NCBI GenBank assembly: GCA_918797485.1
Contig: CAKKNE010000002.1
Span: 6,014,001 to 6,078,000, forward strand
From: Pelagomonas calceolata
Taxonomy: Eukaryota
Direction: 5' to 3'
DNA length: 64,000 bases
Positions within the stretch are counted from its first letter, which is position 1. Every line of letters begins with the position of its first letter. The notes under the pieces were generated by a model. That model worked only from the letters and a program-made list of their open reading frames with translations, was not told the origin of the DNA and searched no databases. Positions 41,551 to 49,528 of this stretch are shown here, piece after piece. A program made the position numbers and the translations under genes.

Positions 41551-43081
41551 ATGTCGAGCTTCCCGTTCGGCAAAAAGAAAGCTTCTATCAATTGGGCGGA
41601 TGAGGACGACTCCAGCGACGACGAGAAGGGAGACGACTCGACCGGGCCGGACGAGCCCGACGTGCCCAGCTCGGACTCCGAGGACGAGGCCGACGCCGCC
41701 GCCGCCGCCGAGGAGTCGGAGGAGGAGCAGGACGCCTCCGACGACGACGAGGCCGAGAGCTCGGAGGAGGACGAGCCCGCGCCCGCCCCCGAGGTAGCGC
41801 CGACCGAGGAGAAGCCCAAGCCGCCGCCGCCGAAGCAGCTCACGAAGAAGGAGCGCAAGGCCCTCAAGGCGAAGGAGCTCGACGACCTCGACGCGCTGCT
41901 CGCCGCCGAGGGCCTCGCGCCGCAGGAGGCGCCCGCGCCCGCGCCCGCCGCGCCGCCCGCGCCGGCGCCGCCGGCCGCCGACGACGGCGACGCCAAGAAG
42001 AAGAAGAAAAAGAAGGGGCGCCGGCCGTCGGCCAAGGCGGACGAGCCCGCGGCGCCGCCGCCGCCCGCCGCGCCCGCCGCGCCGGCCGACGTCAAGGCGC
42101 TCCTCGCCAAAAAGGCCGCCGCCAGCAAAGGATCGAAGTCCGGTGCGCGCGCGGCGTCCCACGCAATTTCCTCAACTCCGTGGCGCAATGGATAGCGTAT
42201 CAGACTTCGAATCTGGGGGTTGCGGGTTCGAGTCCCGTCGGAGTTGTTGTTCGCTTGATGGACTGGAAATCTGAAGGTTATGAGTTCGAATCTCATATCG
42301 GTTTCACCGCGGTACTTGGACTCTTGCAAGATAGTGTGGCCGAGTGGTTAAGGCGGTAGACTTGAAATCTACTCCCGTAAGGGTCGCAGGATTGATTCTC
42401 ACCAATCAATGCGCTTTCGAACCCTGTCACTATCGCGCACGTTGATGATGTGGCCGAGTGGTCTATTAACCTGAGATGGTTAGACCCTAGGCGCTGGTTT
42501 TAGGCACCAGTCTTCGGGCGTGGGTTCGAACCCCACCATCATCACTTGAGTTCAATTCCGCACATTTGTATCCGTGGCCGAGTTGGTCTAAGGCGTTGGA
42601 TTTAAGCCCCAATCTCTTCGGAGGCGTGGGTTCGAACCCCACCGGATGCAATTTGGACCGATTGGCGCAACGGTAGCGCGTCAGATTCCAGTCCTGAAGG
42701 TTACGTGTTCGAATCACGTATCGGTCACACAAAAGTCGCGGGCGCCGCCGCACGGAGTTTCCCGAAACTCACGCGTCCCCCGAACGCAGGCGGCGGCTCG
42801 GCCATGTCGAAGGAGTCCGTCGCGGAGGCGAAGAAGCGCGCCGACGCGTTAGCCAAGAAGAAGAAGGCCGCTGAGGTACCGCGGCCGCGTCCTTAAATCA
42901 CGGCAAGGGGGTGTAGCTCAGTGGCAGAGCGTCCGCTTTGCATGCGGAAAGCCCAGGGTTCAAACCCCTGCTCCTCCAGCCTTACGTACGCCGTCGGTAC
43001 CGGGTTCCCCGAACTCACGCGTTTCCCCCTTCGCAGAAAAAGAAGAACAAGGCCAAGGGCAAGGGCCCGCAGCAGCGCTGA
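41551..43081 (+). CDS. Acidic/Lys-rich protein of unknown function; tRNA host gene; exons 41551-42142, 42790-42875, 43037-43081
   Basis: Introns GTGCGC..ctcac..CAG (42143-42789, phase 1) and GTACCG..ctcac..CAG (42876-43036, phase 0) give a continuous ...KGSKS-GGGSAMSKESVAEAKKRADALAKKKKAAE-KKKNKAKGKGPQQR*. Confidence 0.8.
42174..42246 (+). tRNA. tRNA-Arg(TCG)
   Basis: AACTCCG/CGGAGTT acceptor stem; TCAGA-CT-TCG-AA-TCTGG; GCGGG-TTCGAGT-CCCGT. Confidence 0.95.
42256..42304 (+). pseudogene. tRNA-Trp-like 3' half with an apparently inverted anticodon loop
   Basis: TCTGA-AGGTT-ATGAG-TTCGAAT-CTCAT-ATCGGTT parallels the 3' half of the tRNA-Trp at 42656; no D arm or 5' acceptor strand. Confidence 0.6.
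42330..42435 (+). tRNA. tRNA-Ser(TGA) with 25-nt non-canonical intron 42391-42415 (position 53/54)
   Basis: GATAGTG/CACTATC acceptor, G73; GTAGA-CT-TGA-AA-TCTAC; long variable arm; T arm GCAGG|insert|TTCGAAC-CCTGT. Confidence 0.9.
42444..42544 (+). tRNA. tRNA-Leu(TAG) with 23-nt non-canonical intron 42466-42488 (D loop, ~21/22)
   Basis: GATGATG/CATCATC acceptor, A73; CTGGT-TT-TAG-GC-ACCAG; removing the insert restores GCCGAGTGGTCTAAGGC. Confidence 0.9.
42568..42650 (+). tRNA. tRNA-Leu(TAA)
   Basis: GTATCCG/CGGATGC; TTGGA-TT-TAA-GC-CCCAA; long variable arm; GTGGG-TTCGAAC-CCCAC. Confidence 0.95.
42656..42727 (+). tRNA. tRNA-Trp(CCA)
   Basis: GACCGAT/ATCGGTC; TCAGA-TT-CCA-GT-CCTGA; ACGTG-TTCGAAT-CACGT. 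Confidence 0.93.
42907..42978 (+). tRNA. tRNA-Ala(TGC)
   Basis: GGGGGTG/CTCCTCC with the G3:U70 alanine identity pair; TCCGC-TT-TGC-AT-GCGGA. Confidence 0.95.
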
Positions 43082-43353
43082 GCCTGCGGAAATGCACGAC
43101 AAGCTACCTACGGGCTTCCACGGTCTCGTTTCGCTGTCGAATATAGGAGAATTAACACAAGCAACATATGAAACAGCGTCTCCTTGTTGTTTCGCTGTCG
43201 TTGTAGAATGCTGACGCGGCGATGGCGTCCTGAAGCGGTACGCGAGTCACTCGCGCCGCGGCGATGGCGTGATGGGCCACGCCGTCGACGCGACTCGTCT
43301 ACGAGAGTCCATAGGCCAACGACGCCCCGTAGAGAGAATTAATACAAGAAACA

Positions 43354-44178
43354 TTATCGGTCCGCGAGCGCGGCGTCGATACGCCTCCGCTCCTTCGCAG
43401 ACAGGGGCGCCCAGCCGCCCGCGACGAGCCCGTCGAGCGTCACGCCGGCGAAGTGCGTCCGGTGCAGCGAGACGACCTCCAAACCGCGCGCGGCGCACAT
43501 CTTGCGGATCTGCCGGTTCCGGCCTTCCGTGAGCGTGAACTCGAGGAGCCGCGGCGCCTTCGCGTTCGGCGCGCGCACCTCGCAAGGCTTGGTCCTGGCG
43601 ACGAGGGGCTTGGCCTTGCGGTCGCGCTGCGCCACGGTCTCGATCGTCACGCCCTCGCGCAGCGCCCGGAGGTCGTCCGCCGTCGGCGCGCGGTCCACTT
43701 CCACCACGTAGCGCTTCTCCTTCTTCTGCGACGGCCGCAACAGCGCCTCGCACGCGCGCCCGTCGCTCGTCAACAGGAGGAGCCCCGTCGACGGCTTGTC
43801 CAGGCGGCCGACCGTGAAGACGCGCTGGTCGAGGTCGTCGAAGCCGCCCCGGGCGATGACGTTCGACGCGTCGTTGCGGTCGGACGTGCAGGTCACGCCC
43901 GCCGGCTTCCAGTACTTGAGGTACAAGAACGCGTCGCTCGACTTCAGGTCCGCCTTCGCCGCCTCGCGCGCCTCCCAGACCTGGGTCTCGCCGTCCAGGC
44001 GGACCTCGCTGCCGCGCTCCACGGGCGTCCGGCCGTCCGCGACCACGCCGTCGACCGTGACGCGGCCGTCGGCGATGGCCGCGTCGGCCTTGCGCCGCGA
44101 CAGGCCGGGCAGCAGCTTGTTGAGGCGCACGGCCAGCCCCGACGCCTTCGCCGCGAGGAGCAGCACGAAGAGTCGCAT
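43354..44178 (-). CDS. RsuA/RluF-family pseudouridine synthase with S4 domain, signal-peptide-bearing (likely plastid)
   Basis: MRLFVLLLAAKASGL; SRRKADAAIADGRVTVDG; KPAGVTCT; VGRLDKPSTGLLLLT; LTEGRNRQIRKM. Confidence 0.9.
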   Translation of the reverse strand: MRLFVLLLAAKASGLAVRLNKLLPGLSRRKADAAIADGRVTVDGVVADGRTPVERGSEVRLDGETQVWEAREAAKADLKSSDAFLYLKYWKPAGVTCTSDRNDASNVIARGGFDDLDQRVFTVGRLDKPSTGLLLLTSDGRACEALLRPSQKKEKRYVVEVDRAPTADDLRALREGVTIETVAQRDRKAKPLVARTKPCEVRAPNAKAPRLLEFTLTEGRNRQIRKMCAARGLEVVSLHRTHFAGVTLDGLVAGGWAPLSAKERRRIDAALADR

Positions 44179-44180
44179 CG

Positions 44181-44402
44181 TCAGACCACCGCGCGGATGG
44201 CGCCGAGCACCGCCCACGCGCCGCCGAAGCAGGTCAGCCAGAGGCGCTGCGCCGGCGTCGTTTTGGCCGCGTGCAGGCAGTAGGCCGCGACGCCGACGCA
44301 GGTCGTCGTGCCGATCACGCGGCACTCGAAGCAGTCGTCCGTGGGGTCGCGGCTCTTGTCCCGGTCGCCGCGCCCGAAGAGGGAGAAAAAGAGCGGCGCC
44401 AG
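44181..44402 (-). CDS. Small membrane protein resembling DUF4536/DMAC1 (73 aa), no ATG; putative CTG start
   Basis: LAPLFFSLFGRGDRDKSRDPTDDCFECRVIGTTTCVGVAAYCLHAAKTTPAQRLWLTCFGGAWAVLGAIRAVV*: CxxCR..G motif plus two hydrophobic helices; absent from the ORF track. Confidence 0.6.
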   Translation of the reverse strand: MAPLFFSLFGRGDRDKSRDPTDDCFECRVIGTTTCVGVAAYCLHAAKTTPAQRLWLTCFGGAWAVLGAIRAVV

Positions 44403-44790
44403 GGTCGCTGTGGTCTGCTGCTAATGCCTAAAAGCGCTGCTGTTGCTCTCCGATGTGCCTAGGCCTTTAGAGATGGAGCAAGCTGGTCTGGACGCAAGCG
44501 CTGCGATTGCTGCGATTGCTGCGATGGTGCTGGCTTTTTTCAGTTGCTTGAATGAGTTGCACTGCGGCTTTTTGCTGCACTGCGGCCAAATTGCTAGCTC
44601 TAGAGTGTGTTACAGGTCGCTAGCATCGAGGGGTGCCGGCTCAAAAGCTGGAGCGTACGCACAGCCAGATGGCGAATTCTAGCGTCGTTCGTACCGATTC
44701 GGACCGCTGACTTAGCAGTTCGAGCGCGCTTGGCCAGTGGGCGGTGAAGAATGAAATAAGCTCACATCATCCATCAGCAGTCGAATTCGG

Positions 44791-45949
44791 ATGCCGCGCT
44801 GCTCCGTCTGCGACGACGGCGCCGCGCTCCTCTGCGGCGCCTGCGTAGACGCCGAGCTCGCGGCGTCGCGGGCCCGCCTCGCGCAGGCCAGGCGCGCCGA
44901 GGCCGACTGGAGGGCCCAGGCCGAGGCGGCGCCGGCGCGACCGCCGGAGGTCGACGCGGACGCGGTCGCCGCGGGCCTCGCGAAGACGCTGCTGGCCGTC
45001 GCGCGGCGGGTCCACGCGGACCGGGCGCAATTACGTACGGCGCGCGCCGCGAACGACGCGACGCGGCGGCGCGTCGAGGCGGCGCGGCGGCGCCTTGCGA
45101 AGAGACGCGCCGAGCTCGACGCGTTGCGAAGCGCGATCCAGGCGCCGTCGGCGAGGGCGTCGCTCCGCGCGACGCCGCGCTGGGCGACGGTCGCCGCTTT
45201 ATTTGAAGCGTTTCCCATCGTCGAGATCTCGCCGCGGCCCAAGCGGCGGTCCCTGCGGGGCGTCGCGACGATCTGCGGCCTGCCGCTCCCGAGCGACGCG
45301 CGCGCGTGCCGGGAGCAGCTGCCGCCCGAGGTCTGGCGCTGCGCGCTCGCGGCCGTGGCGCGCGTCGTCGCCACGGCCGCGGACGAGCTGGGCGTGGCGC
45401 TGCCGCACCCGCTGGGCGTCGGTGGGTCGGCGCTCGCGCGCGTCGCCGACGGCGACGCCGCCGCGGCGGCGCGCTACGCGCTGACGCCGGCCGCGCCGGA
45501 CTTCGAGACGGCGCTGGACTTGTTGCGGAACGACGTCACGCGGCTCTGCGTCGAGGGCGGCGTTCGTGCGCCGCGTGGAATTGTTTCCAGAGACGACGGC
45601 GCTTGAAATTCGATTTTCGCACGCGTGGAATTGTTTGAGAGATATATATATGCGGGCTTGAAATTCTATCTTCGCACAGGTCGCGCCGGGCGACCTCGGC
45701 CCGGCGGAGTGCATGCTGCCGAACCTGCTGGCGCTGCGGGCCGTCGCGCGGCGGCGCGCCGCCGGAGCGCCCCCGGCGGCGCGCCCGCACGCCTCATCGC
45801 CGCAGTCGGACGACGCCGCCGTGCCCGAGGAGCCGTCGTCGCCCCGCGAGCGGGCCGCGTCCTCGGCCGAGGAGGACTGGCACATGGTCGGCGACGACCC
45901 GTTCGCGACGCTCGCCGAGGCCGACCGCCAGTACTCCTCCCCTGTTTGA
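44791..45949 (+). CDS. ATG14/UVRAG(Vps38)-like autophagy PI3K subunit; intron 45562-45679
   Basis: N-terminal CxxC..CxxC, coiled coil, ICGLPLP, LPHPL, FETALDLLRNDVTRLC, MLPNLL; C-terminal acidic EEDWHMV (LIR-like). Confidence 0.7.
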
Positions 45950-45987
45950 AGAAAGACATAAGTTTGTTACATTGTACTAGCCGTATA

Positions 45988-47073
45988 CTAGCCGCGGACC
46001 TCGCGCAGCGGGTGGCTCGTGTCGTCGACGTCGCGGACGGGCGCCGTCTCCACGCGACAGAGGCCCCGCTGCTTTGATTTGACCTGCGTCGTCAGCCGGT
46101 CGATGCGCGTCCGCTGCGCCTCCGAGAAGAGGTGCCGCCGCTCGGCGCAGGCCAGGACCGCCGCCTCGACCGGCGTCTTCGCCCAGGGCTTGGACTCGTA
46201 GGCCGCCCAGCCGCTCTTGAGGCAGTGCACGATCGCGTCCCTTCTTTGGACCGCGGCGTCGCTCTCGTCCAAACCCAGCGCCTCGACGGCCTTGTGCACG
46301 CGCTTCATCGCCGCGCAGAAGTCGTAGGTGTCGTCCGTCTCCCGTAAGGTGCGCGCCGTCCGTAACGACAGGCGCCACGTCGCGACCTGGACGCGGTCGT
46401 CGACGCCAAAACTACTTCGGTCCGCCTTCCCTAAAGCTTCCACGGCGTCGCCCAGCGGCCCCACCAAACCGTCGGAGACGGCGCCCGACGCCGCGAAGGA
46501 CCGCAGCGCGTCGACGTACAAGGGCGCCGTCTCCTCGGTCACGCCGCCGTCGACCCCCGCGAGCGTCGCGAGCATGGCCAGGGCCTTGGACGCCTTCGCG
46601 GCGTTCGTCCGCGCGCTGCTCTTCAGGATGGCGCACACTCGTTTCACGGTCGCCGCCGCGTCCACGGTCTGCTCGGTCTTCTTGAACGACACGGACTTCT
46701 TCTTCTTCTTTGGTTTTGTTGGTACGGTGTCCTTGTAGTAGCCCAATCCGTGGTCGCCTTTCTTGAACACGTAGCCCGGCCGCGAGCCGTCATATGCGTC
46801 GGCGGGGGCAAAGGGCGCGTCCGTGGGCGGCTCGCTCGGCGCGGGCCGCGCCTTCTTCGCCGGCGGCGCCTCGGCTGCGACGATGTCGTCGTCGTCGTCG
46901 AACTCGAGGAGGAGTCCCGTGGCCTTCGCGGGCGGCGGCGTCGGCGGGCGCTTCTTGTTCAGGCCCGGCGGCGGCGTCGGCGGCCGCTTCGCTTTGAGGC
47001 CGGGCGGCGGCGTCGGCGGGCGTGCTGCCGGTGCAGAAGCGATGTTGTCGTCGTCGTCGAAGTCGAACTCCAT
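45988..47073 (-). CDS. Hypothetical protein with PGYVFK..GLGYYxD motif
   Basis: 361-aa ORF with KRPPTPPP repeats. Confidence 0.7.
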   Translation of the reverse strand: MEFDFDDDDNIASAPAARPPTPPPGLKAKRPPTPPPGLNKKRPPTPPPAKATGLLLEFDDDDDIVAAEAPPAKKARPAPSEPPTDAPFAPADAYDGSRPGYVFKKGDHGLGYYKDTVPTKPKKKKKSVSFKKTEQTVDAAATVKRVCAILKSSARTNAAKASKALAMLATLAGVDGGVTEETAPLYVDALRSFAASGAVSDGLVGPLGDAVEALGKADRSSFGVDDRVQVATWRLSLRTARTLRETDDTYDFCAAMKRVHKAVEALGLDESDAAVQRRDAIVHCLKSGWAAYESKPWAKTPVEAAVLACAERRHLFSEAQRTRIDRLTTQVKSKQRGLCRVETAPVRDVDDTSHPLREVRG

Positions 47074-47458
47074 CTGTTTGTACGTCTCGCGCTACGCCGC
47101 CTTCGCTGTGATGCTGCACACTTGTGAGCAGTGGGTTGTGGTGGGTGGCGTGGCGTCGCACACTAGCGGCTGTGTTGCGTCCGCTTCTGGGCAGCGAGAG
47201 GAGTATTTTGAGGCGGTACTACCGTTGCGATGACAGCAGTAATGTGTTTTTATGCCGTCGAGCCCTCTCGGCTTGCTAGTGTCTCTTACACCGCTAGCTG
47301 GCCAACTTTTTGACGGCCTCAACAACCACCGAAGTGGTGTCAAATTGGTAAGACACTCGCGTTTCGCAGTGCCTTGCATTGTCTCTCGCTCGTGCAGCGC
47401 GAAGGTTGGTCTACCGCTCGTCCGTCTGGCTTTTTTCAGGAGGCCCCCTTGGAGCAGC

Positions 47459-48373
47459 ATGTCCATCTGCGGCGAAATGGACGCGTCCCCAGCCACGACT
47501 CTGGTTGATCTGCCGAAAGAGGTGCTCGGCGTCGTCGGCGGGTTCGCTGACCCGGTAGGAGTCTTCGGGTGCTTAGCGAAAGCGACGCGGGACGCCTGCG
47601 ACTTGGCCTGCCAGACTCTCGCGCGGGCGCGGTATCCGGCGTGGGCGCTACCGAACCGACTGCCTTTGATGTCCGAATCCGCGGAAAGCTACCCGTCGTG
47701 GCGCGCGCTCATCGCCGATGACAATGCTCGGGCGGGCATGTGGTGTTTGGACGTCGGCACCGGCTCTAGCATTGCGGGTGCGAACGCCAGATATTACGAT
47801 ACGTACATCTCGCGAGTGGCGCGCGATCCGGCTAATTCAGGACAGCTCGTGGTCATCATGGAAGAACGTGGGGAAAACGATCTTGGCAGCGTGCACACAA
47901 GTTCTTGGGGTCCACGTTTTAATATCTTAGTGAACGATTGGGTGTCCACGCATTACGGCTTAGAGCCTGGAGTTTGTAAAAGAATCCGATCGGTGCACGA
48001 GTACATACTCCGTACGGACGGCCACGCGGTCTGCCGGCTGTATTTTCCATCGGTGGCGGGTGCGCATCGCGGAATTGGCTACTCCGCAGGGGGGCTCGCG
48101 ACTGGGTGGGACAAAGGACATTCGATAGGTTTCGAGTACTCCTGGCCTACAGGAGGGACCACTTTGATACCCTATGGCCCCTCCCCGTGCTTCCTGCAAA
48201 GGGGTGAATTCAAGACCTGGGAGGCCGCCTTCCGAGGCCCGGGACTCCCGCCGGGCGCTTGGAGGCGCTCCTTCGTGCCACGCCCGCTGCCGTACGCCGA
48301 CGTGGCGATCGAGTTGTGGGATTTGCCCCCGTCGATCCTTGCCCGCCACCGAAGAGGCAAGTGGGGCGTGTAG
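47459..48373 (+). CDS. Hypothetical protein with F-box-like N-terminus
   Basis: TLVDLPKEVLGVVGGF; lower GC than its neighbours. Confidence 0.55.
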   Translation: MSICGEMDASPATTLVDLPKEVLGVVGGFADPVGVFGCLAKATRDACDLACQTLARARYPAWALPNRLPLMSESAESYPSWRALIADDNARAGMWCLDVGTGSSIAGANARYYDTYISRVARDPANSGQLVVIMEERGENDLGSVHTSSWGPRFNILVNDWVSTHYGLEPGVCKRIRSVHEYILRTDGHAVCRLYFPSVAGAHRGIGYSAGGLATGWDKGHSIGFEYSWPTGGTTLIPYGPSPCFLQRGEFKTWEAAFRGPGLPPGAWRRSFVPRPLPYADVAIELWDLPPSILARHRRGKWGV

Positions 48374-48425
48374 ACTATAAAAACGAACGGGGCGACAGAA
48401 CTTTAAAAACCGGTGCCCGGGCGCG

Positions 48426-48704
48426 TCACGCCCCGCCCGGCTCCGGCGCCTGCTGCATGAGCGTGATCGTGTCGCCCTTGAGCAGTATGCGGTTGAGCTT
48501 CTTCCGCTTCTTCGTCTTGACGTCGAGCTCCTCGGCGTCGTCCAGGACCACGTTCATGTACTCGTCGAAGCCGATGATGCGGCCCTCGATCTTCGTGCCC
48601 GTGTTCTCGTAGAGCCAGACCTGGATCCGCGTCCGCGACTGCAGGAACCGGAAGATCAGGTTGATCGGCTGCGTCATCACCTTCTTGACGGAGCGCGTCG
48701 CCAT
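48426..48704 (-). CDS. SNRPE: Small nuclear ribonucleoprotein Sm E
   Basis: [54 protein letters not shown]. Confidence 0.97.
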   Translation of the reverse strand: MATRSVKKVMTQPINLIFRFLQSRTRIQVWLYENTGTKIEGRIIGFDEYMNVVLDDAEELDVKTKKRKKLNRILLKGDTITLMQQAPEPGGA

Positions 48705-49528
48705 GGTCGCGGGCCTGCGCGGGAATTCGATCGCGGGCGCGCGGGCGAGACACCCGCGTCGAGACGCGCGGCGCGCCCCTCAGTCTCTGCGACGGCCGGC
48801 CGCGGCGGCGAGCGCGGAGCTCTCTCGGGGCATCGCGACACTAGACGTGCCGCCGCCGCGAGCGCGGACGCGACGGCGCGGCATCGCCGGCCGCGGCCCC
48901 GGGGCCGCGACCTCCGCCGCGCCGCGGCGCGGGCCGCGGCCGCCCGTCGCCGCCGGCGGCGCGGGGCGGACGGCCGCCAGTTCGCCTCTTTGGTTGGTCG
49001 GGGGAGCGAACGGCAAGGCGTGACCCCGCGAAGGTTGGTGTGAACCACGGATAAGGGTTAGGGTTCGGGTCCCATTGGTCCGAGGACCGCCGGGTGGCCC
49101 TTCGCCCCGCGCGCCTCATGTGCGGTGGTAGCATCATCGGGGACAACGCTTGAAGGCGGTGTGAGCGACGCGGCGCCGCACGGCTGTCGTTTATATTATC
49201 AGCAAAGCGGCGCGCGGCGCGTGGGGCCCTAGATCTAGGCGGCGGTACCCGCGACGCTCCGCTCGGCAGCAAAGTGGTGCAGGGCGTTAACTGGCAAATG
49301 GTCAACCCAGGAAAGCGCTCACACCGAGCACTGCGGCTCCAAAGCCGGGGAGGCGATGGCCCTGCTAGTGTCTTACCGCCGCTAGCAAGTGCCGCTCAGC
49401 GCCGGTGGCTTTTAGGCCTTTTCGCGCGCCCTGGCCTCGCCGACGGGCGCGGGACAGGCGCTGGGACAGCCTGAGAACCGGAGGAGGACCGGGCAGGACC
49501 GGGGGGCAGCACAGACCAGCCCAGAGAG

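Noticed and set aside
41382..42329. 315-aa minus-strand ORF overlapping the tRNA cluster
   Set aside because: Antisense of the host exon and tRNA-Arg; low-complexity translation.
42247..42329. Possible circularly permuted or split tRNA
   Set aside because: No matching 5' half (acceptor strand plus D arm) follows the 3' half within the spacer.
42545..42567. gagttcaattc, T-loop-like remnant between the two Leu tRNAs
   Set aside because: Too short to call.
49050..49070. Telomere-like aagggttagggttcgggt (similar at ~14840)
   Set aside because: Only 2-3 degenerate units; could be chance.
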